Source: Sedimentisphaerales bacterium
Lineage (GTDB): Bacteria; Planctomycetota; Phycisphaerae; Sedimentisphaerales; SM23-30
NCBI GenBank assembly: GCA_963663965.2
Contig: CAXXFK010000006.1
Location: 32,001-96,000, forward strand
Length of the DNA: 64,000 nt
Direction: 5' to 3'
The notes under the pieces were generated by a model, which saw only the letters and a list, made by a program, of their open reading frames with translations, was not told the origin of the DNA and did no database searches. Positions 1 through 11,525 of the stretch are shown piece by piece. The position numbers were made by a program, and so were the translations under genes. Numbering within the stretch: the stretch's first letter is position 1; the number at the start of each line of letters is the position of its first letter.

Positions 1-1391
1 ATCCCGGCCAGGAACGGCTGATCATTGGCGGCAATGTCATTGCCGACAGTAATCCAAGACTGGCTTCACAGCCATCTCCCGTGGATTGGGCCGGCGATAT
101 TCCCATCGAAGGCGTTGACTTGAGCTGGATCGGGCCACTGGAAGGTTTTGTGGATAATCCGGCTTATGATGTTTATCTTTACAGTGATCCGAACAATCCC
201 ATCCAATTGCTGGAGAACAGTACGGAAACCACGGTATCTACCGGAGCGCTGGACTATGAAACTGCCTATATCTGGCGGGTGGATGTTCGGGATCCCAATA
301 ATGGCGTTCCTGTCATCCGAACAGGTAAACTCTGGCATTTCACTTCAGTATCGCCCAAACCGTTTATTACGCAACAGCCTCAGAATACCTGGGTGGAGGC
401 GGGAGGCGATGCGACACTGACCATTGAAGCCGAAGTCCCGGTGGCAGAATACCCTATTACCGGGTATGCCTGGTTTGAAGTGAGCGATCCCAATAACCCG
501 GTAGCGACTACCCAGAATCTGGCATTAACCAATATCACCAGTGACGCGTCGTACTATTGCGAGGTGACCAACGCGAATGGAACCGTCACCAGCCAGATTG
601 CCAATGTCATCATTAAACTCACTATTGCCCATTGGCCCTTTGAGGGGAATTTCACCGATATTGCCGGTGAACATGACGGAACGGCTCTTGGTACCGGGAC
701 TCCGACCTTTACCCAGGGTGTTATCGGTCAGGCAGTGGAATTGAACGGAACAGACCAGTATATTCAGGTTCCCTGGTCGGCCGATCTGAATCCGACCAGC
801 AGTTTTTCCGTGTCAGCCTGGGCCTATATCGAACCGGCGAGTGTCGGGCTTTATCGCACGGTCGTCAGTTGCCGCGATGACGGGCCGCAACGTGGCTACA
901 TCCTGTACGCGACCGATGCCAACATCTGGTCATACTGGACCGGGCCGGGCTGGAACGCGACTAACGGCAGTACGGTGGCCACCGGAGTCTGGAATTTCCT
1001 GGTCATTACCTTTGACGTAACCCAGCGCGTATCAGACACACAGATCATTGGTAACAAATCGTTGTTTATTAATGGCGAACTGGCCGCTCAAACCCTCGGT
1101 GAGACCATGGACCTCAATACCCTTCGGGCGTTCCAGATCGGCGCCGGCGCGAACGAAGGCGCCAGCAAGAATTACTTCCTGGATGGACTGATCGACGATG
1201 TCCGGTTCTTCAATTACGCTCTGGACGCGCGCGAGGTCGCTCAGATGTATGTGGATGTTTATGAAGATGCCGTCATCTGTCTGAGCTATTCTCCGTACGA
1301 TCTGAATGAGGATTGCGTCGTCGATTTTCTCGACTTACAGGCGCTTGTTGCCAATTGGATGGAGTGTAACCTGATTCCCGAATGCCAGTAA
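1..1391 (+). CDS. Secreted LamG-like jellyroll / Ig-domain protein with C-terminal dockerin-like motif (5' truncated by window edge)
   Basis: Frame is open from nt 3, upstream of the ORF-track GTG at 81. FN3-like YIWRVD, Ig-like ITQQPQ..YYCEVTN, LamG AHWPFEG..GLIDDVRFFNYAL, C-terminal DLNEDCVVDFLDL. Confidence 0.8.
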   Translation, partial: PGQERLIIGGNVIADSNPRLASQPSPVDWAGDIPIEGVDLSWIGPLEGFVDNPAYDVYLYSDPNNPIQLLENSTETTVSTGALDYETAYIWRVDVRDPNNGVPVIRTGKLWHFTSVSPKPFITQQPQNTWVEAGGDATLTIEAEVPVAEYPITGYAWFEVSDPNNPVATTQNLALTNITSDASYYCEVTNANGTVTSQIANVIIKLTIAHWPFEGNFTDIAGEHDGTALGTGTPTFTQGVIGQAVELNGTDQYIQVPWSADLNPTSSFSVSAWAYIEPASVGLYRTVVSCRDDGPQRGYILYATDANIWSYWTGPGWNATNGSTVATGVWNFLVITFDVTQRVSDTQIIGNKSLFINGELAAQTLGETMDLNTLRAFQIGAGANEGASKNYFLDGLIDDVRFFNYALDAREVAQMYVDVYEDAVICLSYSPYDLNEDCVVDFLDLQALVANWMECNLIPECQ

Positions 1392-1440
1392 CCCCGTAGC
1401 AAAAATTATTTTTACGGAAATAATTTTGGAGGATATAACC

Positions 1441-3535
1441 ATGAAAAAAATATCTCTGATTTATTTAGCGCTGCTTTTAAGTTTGGTATTAACGGGAGTT
1501 GCCGCAGCGGTGGCGCCCGTAACAGACGGCCTGATTTTGCAGTTGGAAGCCAACGCGATTTCCGGCCTGGCCGATGGAGACTCGATCGCGGTGTGGCCGG
1601 CCAGTGTCGGCAGTGACGCGGTGGCCACCGGACCAACACCAGTCGTTTACAAGAGCAATCTCATTAATGGTTTGCCCGTTGTTCGTTTTGACGGCAACGG
1701 CGGCTATGTCAATTTTGATCCGATCGATGACATCCGTACGGTCTTCTGGGTGGTCAAAGAAGATGCCGATGTCAATAAAATCGATCAGGGCCAGTGGCGC
1801 CATCTGCTCGATGACGACGATACCTCCCATTTCCATCGCGGCACGGTAGCGCAGTCCACCGATGATTACTGTGCTATTATCTCTGATACGTGGGGCGGCT
1901 CGATCGGTTCCGGTGAAGGAGCCGATCGAATTCGAAACGGTATTGTTCAGATTAATGCCGTTACGGTTGATCCGCTCACCACATCGGTCCCGCGCGACCT
2001 GTCGATTCTATTCGTTCAATCCAGCAATGTGGTGAGCGCCAGTAATTTTTCTTATGATGTCGGACAGAGCGTGCTGCGCAGCTGGGATGGCGATCTGGCC
2101 GAGTTGTTGATATACAATCGAGTGTTAACCGCGGAAGAAATTCGTAATATCGGCGGTTATTTAACAGCCAAATATGGCCTGACAACCAGTTATGAAAGCT
2201 GGACACCTGTGACGCAAACGGCTCCGGCTGATGGCGCGATGGATGTCCCGCTCAATGTCTTGCTGGAATGGACCCCGCCGGCGGGAACAACATCACAAAC
2301 GATTTATCTGGCGCAGGAACCCAATCTGATCATGTTACCCGTTGCCACGCTGTCCGGTTCGGCGAATTCGTTTGATCCAGAGATCAAGTCAAACAGTACG
2401 TATTACTGGCAGGTTGCCAACTACGTCGGATCGACAAGCGATCCGAATAATTTATTTTTAAGTCCGGTATGGACATTCACTACGTTGAATGCCATTCCGG
2501 TATTCGATCCACCTTATGGTCAGCAGCCCCCCAGCCATGACGGCGGTCCTGGAAGGTCAGACCGTTCAACTGACGGCTATGGCAGGCGTTTCACCAGGAG
2601 CGGATACCGAGATCGATTATCAATGGTATAAAAATGATACGCTGCTTGACGGTGAAACTAATAGCAGTCTGATTATTACCGATGTATCCGCAGCGGATAA
2701 CGGCAGTTATGTCTGCAAAGCGACCAATAACGCTGGAACGGCCCATTCCGATCCCGCTGTATTGAAAGCAATCGTATTGATTGGTCACTGGCCTTTCGAT
2801 GGCAATTATAACGATGTCGTGAACGGCAATACGGGTACGGGTATCGGCAGTCCGGTATTTGTTGAAGGCATTGCAGGACAGGCTGTCAAATTCAATGGTC
2901 TGGGAGATCAGGCCGCCACATTGCCTACGGCCGCGATGGGTACCGATACCAACTTTACCTTGATGTTCTGGGAACTCCAACCAGAAAATGCCCCGGCCAA
3001 CAACCAGTATATGTGCGCCTCGGGATCTCCCAGTGGTCACGAAAGATTATATATGTGGGCCTGGCGCAATCCGGATTACGATTGCGATTATTATGGTAAT
3101 CTTTACGTCAACTATGGCGGAAACTGGGGGGCGATCCCGAGTCTGAACCAATATGCCCGGGGGCAGTGGCATTTCCATGCCCTGACCTTTAATGCCGAGA
3201 CCATGAACTGGCACTGGTATATTGATGGCATTGACAAGGGATATCGTACCTTAACCTCGTTTCCCGGGCTCGATACCCTGATCCATCTGGGTAATCGGAC
3301 CAACATGCAGCGGCCCTTCACCGGCGCCATTGATGATTTCCGGCTTTATAATCATGAACTGCCCCGTGAAGCGATTGCCGCCATTTACGCGGAGATTTCC
3401 GGTAAGTCTGTTTGTCTGGACCCGATCAGTGGCGATTTGAACGACGATTGCAAGGTCAATCTCGAAGACATTGCCCTGTTGGCTCTGGATTGGTTGGCAT
3501 GTAACAAGGTCCCCGAAACCGCATGCAGTGAATAA
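1441..3535 (+). CDS. Secreted LamG/Ig multidomain protein with dockerin-like C-terminus, split by a frameshift near 2527
   Basis: GGAGG RBS, signal peptide MKKISLIYLALLL. ORFs 1426..2631 and 2489..3535 join as QQPP|AMTAVLEGQTV if one C of the C6 run is removed. Architecture parallels the upstream gene. Confidence 0.75.
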
Positions 3536-3570
3536 ATACTACTAAACAGGCTAGACTGTTTATCTTTTAA

Positions 3571-3606
3571 AAAAGGCTCCGGGAACGATTTCCCGGGGCC
3601 TTGTTT
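3571..3606. terminator. Probable bidirectional intrinsic terminator
   Basis: GGCTCCGGGA/TCCCGGGGCC stem flanked by A and T tracts between convergent genes. Confidence 0.6.
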
Positions 3607-3653
3607 GGTTATAAGAATAATGACCTGATCAGGGGGGCTCCGCGTGCCGGAAT

Positions 3654-3884
3654 TCAATCAGGATCCGGATCTGTATTATTGGAGCGATCTGCTTTGGCGA
3701 TCACTTCAAATTTCTTTTCAGCCTGTTCAAGAATAGACCGGCAATATTTGATCAGTTCCATCCCCTGGGCGTATTTTTCGATGGTCTGTTCAAGCGACAC
3801 TTTTCCACTTTCGACTTCGGCAACGAGCTTATCCAGCTCTTTCATGGCTTGTTCGAAGGTTTTTTTTGTTTCTTTTTCGGTCAT
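3654..3884 (-). CDS. xseB: Exodeoxyribonuclease VII small subunit
   Basis: TFEQAMKELDKLVAEVESGKVSLEQTIEKYAQGMELIKYC..LEQAEKK signature; start taken at ATG 3884. Confidence 0.93.
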   Translation of the reverse strand: MTEKETKKTFEQAMKELDKLVAEVESGKVSLEQTIEKYAQGMELIKYCRSILEQAEKKFEVIAKADRSNNTDPDPD

Positions 3885-3913
3885 GGTATTCGGTATCTGA
3901 GTAAAAGACATTT

Positions 3914-3950
3914 AAAAGAAACAGGAACCGAACGCATCGGTTCCTGTTTC
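3914..3950 (-). terminator. Intrinsic terminator downstream of xylA
   Basis: Perfect 14-bp stem GAAACAGGAACCGA/TCGGTTCCTGTTTC, 5-nt loop, T tract on the minus strand. Confidence 0.7.
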
Positions 3951-3971
3951 CTGGTTTATGGATTGAAATGA

Positions 3972-5282
3972 CTAAATATACTGGTTAAAAAGATTTTCGA
4001 GCATTTCCTGGCGGCCGGACTGAATTTCCGGTTCGCCATTCTTAATGGTATACTCTTCCAGTTCTTTGAAACCGACCTGACCTTTTTCGATTTTGGCGCC
4101 AATGCCCTTATCCCAGCCGGCGTAACGCTGTTTGATGAACTTTTCAAGTTTAGCATCTTTGAGCATATTAGCTGCGGATTTCAGACCACGGGCAAAGGCA
4201 TCCATACCACCGATATGGGCATGGAACAGATCGACCGGATCGATCGATTGTCGGCGGACTTTGGCGTCGAAATTAAGACCACCAGTAGTGAAACCACCAC
4301 TGCGTAAAATATGGTACATCGACAGGGTGGTATCATAAAGATCGGTGGGGAACTGATCGGTATCCCAGCCCAGGAGCAGATCGCCACGGTTGGCGTCAAC
4401 CGAACCCAGGATACCATTGGCGATACAAAATTCCAATTCATGCTGGAAGGTATGGGTCGCCAGGGTGGCGTGATTGGCTTCAATATTCATTTTGAAATGA
4501 TCGACCAGATTATATTTCTGCAGGAAGGCAAAACAACTGGCCGCGTCAAAATCGTACTGGTGTTTGGTGGGTTCCTTGGGTTTGGGTTCGATATAAAACT
4601 GGCCTTTGAAGCGAATCGCTTTTTTGTAATCGACGGCCATTTGCAGCAGGCATGCCAGATGATCCAGTTCACGGCCCATATTGGTATTAAGCAGCGTTTC
4701 GTAACCTTCCCGGCCGCCCCAGAAGACATAACCGAGACCACCGAGTTCTTTGGTGATCTCCATGGCCTTTTTCACCTGGCTGGCAGCATAAGCAAAGACA
4801 GCCGGAGATGGATTGGTGCTGGCGCCTGACATAAAACGGCGATGGCTGAACAGGTTGGAAGTTCCCCATAACAGTTTCACCCCGGTATCGCTCTGTAACT
4901 TTTTAGCTATTTTAACGATTTTGTCAAGCCGCTTATTGGTTTCAATCAGATTGTCCGCTTCGGGAGCGATATCGCGATCATGGAAGCACCAGAATTCTAC
5001 CCCCAATTTAGTAAAAAACTCAAAGGCCGCTTGCAGGGTGTCTTCAGCGATTTGCATGGGATCGCCAGAGGCATTGTATTCGCGGATAATGGTACCCGGT
5101 CCGAAGGGATCGCCGCCCAGACCTTTGAAGGTATGCCAGTAGCATACGGCAAAGCGGAGATGTTCGGCCATGGTTTTGCCCATGACCTTCTGGCGTGGAT
5201 TGTAATGCTTGAAAGATAATGGATTTTTGGAATCCGGGCCTTCATACTTAATCTTTTTTATGCCGGGAAAGAATTCTTGCAT
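3972..5282 (-). CDS. xylA: Xylose isomerase (class II)
   Basis: [48 protein letters not shown] motifs; GGAGG RBS before ATG 5282. Confidence 0.97.
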   Translation of the reverse strand: MQEFFPGIKKIKYEGPDSKNPLSFKHYNPRQKVMGKTMAEHLRFAVCYWHTFKGLGGDPFGPGTIIREYNASGDPMQIAEDTLQAAFEFFTKLGVEFWCFHDRDIAPEADNLIETNKRLDKIVKIAKKLQSDTGVKLLWGTSNLFSHRRFMSGASTNPSPAVFAYAASQVKKAMEITKELGGLGYVFWGGREGYETLLNTNMGRELDHLACLLQMAVDYKKAIRFKGQFYIEPKPKEPTKHQYDFDAASCFAFLQKYNLVDHFKMNIEANHATLATHTFQHELEFCIANGILGSVDANRGDLLLGWDTDQFPTDLYDTTLSMYHILRSGGFTTGGLNFDAKVRRQSIDPVDLFHAHIGGMDAFARGLKSAANMLKDAKLEKFIKQRYAGWDKGIGAKIEKGQVGFKELEEYTIKNGEPEIQSGRQEMLENLFNQYI

Positions 5283-5589
5283 GGGTGAAACCTCCATAAC
5301 AGGTGTCAGGACAAGATCAGGCCGTCAGGCCTGTAACAAATTACTTAATTTCGAAATTCCAGATGCTAATACTATATAAAGCAGATACGATTTGAGGCAA
5401 ATAAATAACGGAGCTATTATGAGGTTTTGTCGAAAAAAAGCGTTCAAATTTGACCATTGGGATATTTTTCGCCATGGTTTGCTGGAGGGCTGATAAGATC
5501 AGGCTGACAAATAACTTATTAATTCAATTGCAGTTATGTAATATATCCTGGCTTGTAATTCTAACGAGTTATTATTTGACCTGTTGTGA

Positions 5590-7794
5590 TTAATCATAAT
5601 CCATGGGTTCCAGTCTGGCATATTTAAGGACGAGTGTCTTTCGCTGGCCGGACTGGAATTGAACTTCCACTTTGCTGTTTTCACGCAATGGGATGACTTT
5701 GGTGATTTTCCCAATCCCCAGCGATGGATGACGTACCAGTTGATTGATCCGGAAGTTGGGGATGGCTTCATCATAGGAGGAGGGTCCGGCATCGATATCA
5801 CTTGAATCGTAGGTTAAATCGGAATCGTAGCTGTCATTGGAGCCTGAATCTTCCACCAGATCACGGGTGGAGGCTACCGGAGTGAATTGCAGACCGCTGA
5901 GGTGGCGGACGAACTGGGAACGAATCGTGGCGGCAGAAAAGCCATTGGTGGTTCGATTACGGGCACAGGTCAGATTTAAGAGACGCTGGGCTCGGGTAAT
6001 GCCGACAAACAACAGCCGGCGTTCTTCTTCCAATTCTGCTTTGTCGTTTTTACTGCGGCTGTGGGGTATCAGGCCTTCTTCGACGCCAACAATCACCACC
6101 ACCGGGAATTCCAGTCCTTTGGCCGAATGCAGGGTCATGAGTGAAACCGCGCCGCTTTCACTGTTATAGGCGTCTGAGTCGCTGGCCAGGGCGATCTGAT
6201 GCAGGTATTCCGGCAGGGCAGGATTTTCGTTTTCGCTTTCGAACTGGACAGCGGAGTTGATCAATTCCATCACATTCAAATGCGGCTCTTCGGTTTTTTC
6301 TGCTTTAAGGTTTTTTTGCAGACCGGTATTTTCGTACACGGTTCGAAGCAGATGAGAGACGCCGCCTTCCATTTCTTTTTTGAATCCGGCGATCATATCC
6401 GTGAAGAGCCGGATTTTGGATTTGGCGGCAGTATTGAGCGTGGCGATCTCATCAAGATGCTGAAGGGTATCCCAGATCGTCAGGCGGTTATGATGACAAT
6501 GTTCCAGGATACGCTGGATAGTGGTGTTGCCGATACCGCGCGTCGGTTTGTTAACGATGCGAGCGAACGAAACCTGGTCGGCCGGATTGACCAGAAAACG
6601 CAGGTAAGCGATCATGTCCTTGATTTCGGCGCGTTTAAAGAATTCCAGCCCTTTGACAATCTGATAGGGAATCCCGGCGCGGCGCATCGCGTCTTCCACC
6701 ACCCGGCTCATGGAATTGACCCGATAAAAGACCGCCATGTCACGGTAATCGATTCCATCGGCACGCCACTGTTTACAACGGCCGGCGATCCCGTCCGCTT
6801 CTTCGTATTCATTATAAAACTCGAGCATTTCAGGTTGAGCGCCGCTGGGGATGGCCGTGAAAAGGTTTTTATGTTTGCGGCGCGAGTTCTGGCGGATCAG
6901 GTCATCCGCCATTTGCAGCACTTCCGGAATACTGCGAAAATTTTCTTCCAGACGAACGACTCTGGCATTGGGGTAATCTTCTTCAAAAGCCAGGATATTG
7001 CCGATATCGGCGCCACGCCAGCCGTAAATAGACTGGTCGGGATCCCCCGTAACGAATAGATTGTGATGGTCGATGGTCAGGCCGCGGGCAATCTGGTACT
7101 GACAATGGTTAGTATCCTGATATTCATCCACCAGTACGAACTGATAGCGCCGGTTCAGTTCATGGCGAATCTCCGGCCGGTCGCGTAAAAGAAAGGCCAG
7201 TTTCATCAACAGATCATCAAAATCCAGCGCATTATTCGTGGTGAGTTGTTCCTGATACGCCTCATAAATCCGTTTAAAATGAGTAGCCCGGAAATCGTAC
7301 TCGAATTGTTTGGCGACATCATCAGGCAGCTTGAGATCGTTTTTCATGCTGCTGACTTTATAAAGCATGGCATTGGGAGGGAAATTCTGGGGATCGAGAT
7401 CGCAGACTTTGATGGCTTCACGCATGGCCGTTTTTTGATCGGCATCATCATAGATACTGAAATCGCCGGGTAGACCGGCTTCGGTGGCAAATTCACGTAA
7501 TAAACGGGCTGCCAGGCTGTGAAAGGTACATAATAGAGCGCCGCGAGGTACGCGCATGCCGGCCAGTCGATGTCGCATTTCTTCGGCAGCCTTGTTGGTA
7601 AAGGTAATCCCAAGAATATTCCAGGGCGCAACGCCCTGGCTGATCAACCAGGCGATTCGATGAGTAATTACACGAGTTTTGCCGCTGCCTGGGCCGGCCA
7701 AAACCAGGGCCGGGCCTTCAAAATGAGTAGCAGCTTCATATTGCGGCGCGGTCAGGCGCGACATCGATTCTTCAAGGGTGATCGCTCTGGTCAT
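5590..7794 (-). CDS. uvrD: UvrD/PcrA family ATP-dependent DNA helicase
   Basis: AGPGSGKT, TFTNKAA, VDEYQDTN, LEENFRS, MTLHSAKGLEF, EEERRLLFVGITRA, C-terminal Tudor-like HPSLGIG. Confidence 0.93.
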   Translation of the reverse strand: MTRAITLEESMSRLTAPQYEAATHFEGPALVLAGPGSGKTRVITHRIAWLISQGVAPWNILGITFTNKAAEEMRHRLAGMRVPRGALLCTFHSLAARLLREFATEAGLPGDFSIYDDADQKTAMREAIKVCDLDPQNFPPNAMLYKVSSMKNDLKLPDDVAKQFEYDFRATHFKRIYEAYQEQLTTNNALDFDDLLMKLAFLLRDRPEIRHELNRRYQFVLVDEYQDTNHCQYQIARGLTIDHHNLFVTGDPDQSIYGWRGADIGNILAFEEDYPNARVVRLEENFRSIPEVLQMADDLIRQNSRRKHKNLFTAIPSGAQPEMLEFYNEYEEADGIAGRCKQWRADGIDYRDMAVFYRVNSMSRVVEDAMRRAGIPYQIVKGLEFFKRAEIKDMIAYLRFLVNPADQVSFARIVNKPTRGIGNTTIQRILEHCHHNRLTIWDTLQHLDEIATLNTAAKSKIRLFTDMIAGFKKEMEGGVSHLLRTVYENTGLQKNLKAEKTEEPHLNVMELINSAVQFESENENPALPEYLHQIALASDSDAYNSESGAVSLMTLHSAKGLEFPVVVIVGVEEGLIPHSRSKNDKAELEEERRLLFVGITRAQRLLNLTCARNRTTNGFSAATIRSQFVRHLSGLQFTPVASTRDLVEDSGSNDSYDSDLTYDSSDIDAGPSSYDEAIPNFRINQLVRHPSLGIGKITKVIPLRENSKVEVQFQSGQRKTLVLKYARLEPMDYD

Positions 7795-8058
7795 AAGTCT
7801 TTATTATATAAATATATGGTTAAGTTTCGAGTTAATCGATAAAACTTCAATCATACCATCGAAATCGATGGCTGGCAAGATGTGGTTTTGAGGTTTTTTC
7901 CTGGACAAGATCAAATTTTACCATCCCGACTAAAATCAGTATTTTATCAATATAACGTAAGAATGAATATTATCCTGTTAAGACATCGCCAGAAGTCTAT
8001 AATAGAGCATAGAAGTGACATCGGTCGTGAAGCGGCCGGCATGATTCAGGTTTTGATT

Positions 8059-8700
8059 ATGACATTACAGAAATTGCAACGATATACCCTGGGCGAAGAA
8101 GTCGCCAACAGCCTGACACATGGCGCCGGGATTGGTTTAAGTATTGCCGGTCTGGTGATGCTAGTCGTTCAAGCCGTCAGGTTGGGTACTGTTTGGCATA
8201 TTGTGAGCTATTCGATTTTTGGTTCGATGCTGATTTTGTTATATCTGGCATCAACGTTATATCACAGTTTTCCCTGGGAGAAAGCCAAACGGATCTGCAA
8301 GATCCTGGATCATGCCGCCATATATCTTTTAATAGCTGGAACTTATACGCCATTTATGCTGGTTTGCCTGCGAGGCGGATGGGGGTGGAGTCTGTTTGGA
8401 GTGATCTGGGGATTGGCGCTTTTGGGGGTGGCGATGAAGATTGTTTTCATTGCCCGTTTCAAAGTGATTTCTTTGGTAGTTTATCTGGCAATGGGTTGGC
8501 TGTGTATTATTGCCGGTCGGGAAATGCTGCATAAATTGCCTTCGGTCAGTCTGGGCTTTTTACTGGCCGGGGGGTTGATCTATTCAATCGGTACGGTTTT
8601 CTATGTCTGGAAAAAACTGCCCTATGGTCATGCGGTCTGGCATATGTTTGTATTAGGCGGAAGTGTATTGCACTTTTTTGCGGTCTGGTATATTTTATAA
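8059..8700 (+). CDS. Hemolysin III / PAQR (TrhA-like) membrane protein
   Basis: EEVANSLTH, ASTLYH, LDHAAIYLLIAGTYTP, HAVWHMFVL; 7 hydrophobic segments. Confidence 0.92.
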   Translation: MTLQKLQRYTLGEEVANSLTHGAGIGLSIAGLVMLVVQAVRLGTVWHIVSYSIFGSMLILLYLASTLYHSFPWEKAKRICKILDHAAIYLLIAGTYTPFMLVCLRGGWGWSLFGVIWGLALLGVAMKIVFIARFKVISLVVYLAMGWLCIIAGREMLHKLPSVSLGFLLAGGLIYSIGTVFYVWKKLPYGHAVWHMFVLGGSVLHFFAVWYIL

Positions 8701-8751
8701 TACGTCAACGTGCAATTTATTCGTAAAACCAGCATGAAAAAAGGATTGCTA

Positions 8752-10209
8752 ATGGATCGTCGAGAATTTTTGCGCCGCGGATTAATGGGCCTGACTCTGG
8801 CTTCTGGATTACCGATGAGCCAATTAAAGGCTGCCGATAAGGCCAGTCGACCGAATATCCTGTTTTTGTTTACGGACGATCAATGTTTCCGAACCATTAA
8901 CGTTCTCAATAATAAAGAGGTGCATACCCCGAATATGGATCGCCTGGTGCGTCGGGGCGTGACCTTCACGCATTGTTTCAATCAGGGCGCCTGGAATGGC
9001 GCGATCTGTATAGCCAGCCGGGCTATGTTGAATACCGGGCGTTATGTCTGGACCTGTGGGGGGAATGATTGCGGGAACTATCCGCTCTGGGGAGAAACCT
9101 TTACCCGGGCCGGTTACGAGACCTATGGCGTGGGCAAATGGCATAACGGCAAGGCAACTTTCCAGCGAAGTTTTAAGCATCAAGGCCCTATGGGGGCAGG
9201 GATGTATGCCTCCAAACCCGTAACAAAAAAAGACGGAGATCGGGAAAAAGTCTATGATCCCTATAACCGGCCAAGGGAAGATGATTTCTGGTCGCCATCG
9301 GATACATCGCTGACCGGACACTGGTTTGATGTAGAAGGCAACAAGATCCATTCCAGTCAGTACTGGGCGGATCATGCCATCGATTTTCTCAATACGACGG
9401 CAAAGACCACCGAAAATCCCTTTTTCATGTATGTGGCGTTTAATGCCCCGCATGACCCCCGGCAATCGCCTCAAAAGTATGTCGATATGTATCCACCGGA
9501 AAAACTGACTATTCCCCCCAATTTTATGCCGGAGCATCCCTTTGATCAGGGCGATCATAAAGTCCGCGATGAATTGCTGGCACCTTTTCCCCGTACCAAA
9601 GAGGCTGTTCAAGTTCACCTGCAGGAATACTATGCGATCATTACCCATGCCGATTATCACATCGGACGGATACTGGATGCTCTCGAGGCCAGTGGCAAGG
9701 TGGATAATACGATCATCGTATTTTCCTCCGATCATGGCCTGGCGTTAGGGCAGCATGGTTTGATGGGCAAACAGAATCAATACGACCATTCCATCCGCAT
9801 GCCTTTGGTTCTGTGTGGCCCCGGACTGGAACCAGAACGCAAGATTGATGCCCTTGTCTATTTGCAAAGTATGTTTGCCACCACCTGTGACCTGGCCGGG
9901 ATTACGATTCCTGAGTCGGTTCAGTTTCCCAGCCTGCTGCCGCTGCTGCGCGGGGAGAAAAAAAACATTTACACCAGTATATATAATGGCTATCGCGATT
10001 TGCAGCGTTCCGTCAGGACCGAACGATATAAACTGATTCGCTATCCCGAGGTGGATGAAATACAGTTGTTCGATTTGCAAAACGATCCGTGGGAATTGAC
10101 CGATCTGGCGGAAAAAGAACCCTATCAGACTTTAAAAAAAGAATTAGACAGACAATTACATGACTGGATGAAAAAAACGGGTGACAAACTCGAATTGGCG
10201 CCATTGTGA
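8752..10209 (+). CDS. Formylglycine-type sulfatase (choline-sulfatase-like) with Tat signal
   Basis: MDRREFLRRG twin-arginine signal, RPNILFLFTDD, CIASR (CxAxR), GKWH, SSDHG. Confidence 0.9.
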   Translation: MDRREFLRRGLMGLTLASGLPMSQLKAADKASRPNILFLFTDDQCFRTINVLNNKEVHTPNMDRLVRRGVTFTHCFNQGAWNGAICIASRAMLNTGRYVWTCGGNDCGNYPLWGETFTRAGYETYGVGKWHNGKATFQRSFKHQGPMGAGMYASKPVTKKDGDREKVYDPYNRPREDDFWSPSDTSLTGHWFDVEGNKIHSSQYWADHAIDFLNTTAKTTENPFFMYVAFNAPHDPRQSPQKYVDMYPPEKLTIPPNFMPEHPFDQGDHKVRDELLAPFPRTKEAVQVHLQEYYAIITHADYHIGRILDALEASGKVDNTIIVFSSDHGLALGQHGLMGKQNQYDHSIRMPLVLCGPGLEPERKIDALVYLQSMFATTCDLAGITIPESVQFPSLLPLLRGEKKNIYTSIYNGYRDLQRSVRTERYKLIRYPEVDEIQLFDLQNDPWELTDLAEKEPYQTLKKELDRQLHDWMKKTGDKLELAPL

Positions 10210-10453
10210 TCCTGAAGGGCAGCATAAAAGTTTTTGGCGAATTTATCAGAGAATTTCAACTTTTTGTTGCAATATAGTTCTTTTTGAGTAAGGTATTGTT
10301 TTAAAGTGAAAATGAAGTGACGAGATTTCCGGTTTGCTCCCGCATTTGGGTGGTGTGTTAATTCGGGAAATTCTTGTGTAAAATTGGTTGTTACTTTTGT
10401 TGAGAGGGTAAATACTACCCAGTGACAATTGAATAGATGGAGGTATTAAGATC

Positions 10454-11488
10454 ATGTTGAAACGAAGCATTAAGGTTATTCTGGTTGTTGGAATGGCGTG
10501 GGGGATGGTTTCCTGCAAAAAAGAAACCACCACAGACGATTCCCCGGTTCCATCGGCGGCCCCGACCGCGTCGGCGCCGGTTAGAAACGCCGCTGCGACT
10601 ACCTCGGGAAGTGGCCCGATTGAACTGGCCCTGAAAATGGCGGCGGATACTACATTCCGGATTCGTACCCGAACAGAAGTGAATCTGGCGGAAAAGGGAT
10701 TGATGGGGAAAACGCGAAATTTCTGGTTTGAAATCGATGAAACGTATACCTGTACCAGTGTGGATGAAGATGGTACGATGACTATTAAACAAAGCTGGGA
10801 TGCCGGGCGAGGCAAGGGGGAAGTCGGGGGTGGACGTTTTGAATGGGACTCAATCGAAGGTCCAAGGGCAGTACCGGAGATTGCCGCAAAGTTCAAACGG
10901 TTGCTGGGCAAGTCGATGGAAACGGCCGTTAAGCCCAATGGCGAATTGGTCGATATGTGGGACGCCGATATTCTGGCGGATGCGATCCTGCTGGAAAATG
11001 GCGTGGATGGCCGCAAAATGGATGAAGAATTCTATCGTCTCCATCACCTGGAACCGATGATGGATTCGATCTGGGAGAGTCACGAAATGCTGTTGACTCC
11101 GGCGCTTTTTTCCTATCCGGATAAATCCCTGAAACCGGGTGATTGCTGGAGCTATCGCAGTAAAGCATCCGCCGTCAGTGAGGGATTCGAGTTGGTGTTT
11201 TTAACGCTGAAGGAAGTTCGTAATGGCAAAGCCATTTTCGATGTTAAAATCGGCGTCGATCTGGGCGATAATCCCATGGACAGCGACGCGGTGGCGGATA
11301 GAAAAAGCGAAACCGGGATAAATTCGACCGGTCGTATGACCTTCGATCTGGCCAGCGGCATGATCGAATCCGCTGAGTTGAAAGGCGAGATCAAGATCGA
11401 AAGTGATGTCAAAAACAAACTGTTTGACCAGTCGTTTGAACAGAATATGCAGGGAACGATCAAATTGTCCATGACACGTATTCGCTGA
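10454..11488 (+). CDS. Lipoprotein of unknown function (DUF6263-like beta-rich)
   Basis: Lipobox MVS-C, Pro/Ala linker, YPDKSLKPGDCW and FDLASG motifs. Confidence 0.6.
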   Translation: MLKRSIKVILVVGMAWGMVSCKKETTTDDSPVPSAAPTASAPVRNAAATTSGSGPIELALKMAADTTFRIRTRTEVNLAEKGLMGKTRNFWFEIDETYTCTSVDEDGTMTIKQSWDAGRGKGEVGGGRFEWDSIEGPRAVPEIAAKFKRLLGKSMETAVKPNGELVDMWDADILADAILLENGVDGRKMDEEFYRLHHLEPMMDSIWESHEMLLTPALFSYPDKSLKPGDCWSYRSKASAVSEGFELVFLTLKEVRNGKAIFDVKIGVDLGDNPMDSDAVADRKSETGINSTGRMTFDLASGMIESAELKGEIKIESDVKNKLFDQSFEQNMQGTIKLSMTRIR

Positions 11489-11525
11489 CCCCATTAACGT
11501 GTACGCCAGGCGTGCAGGAGCCACT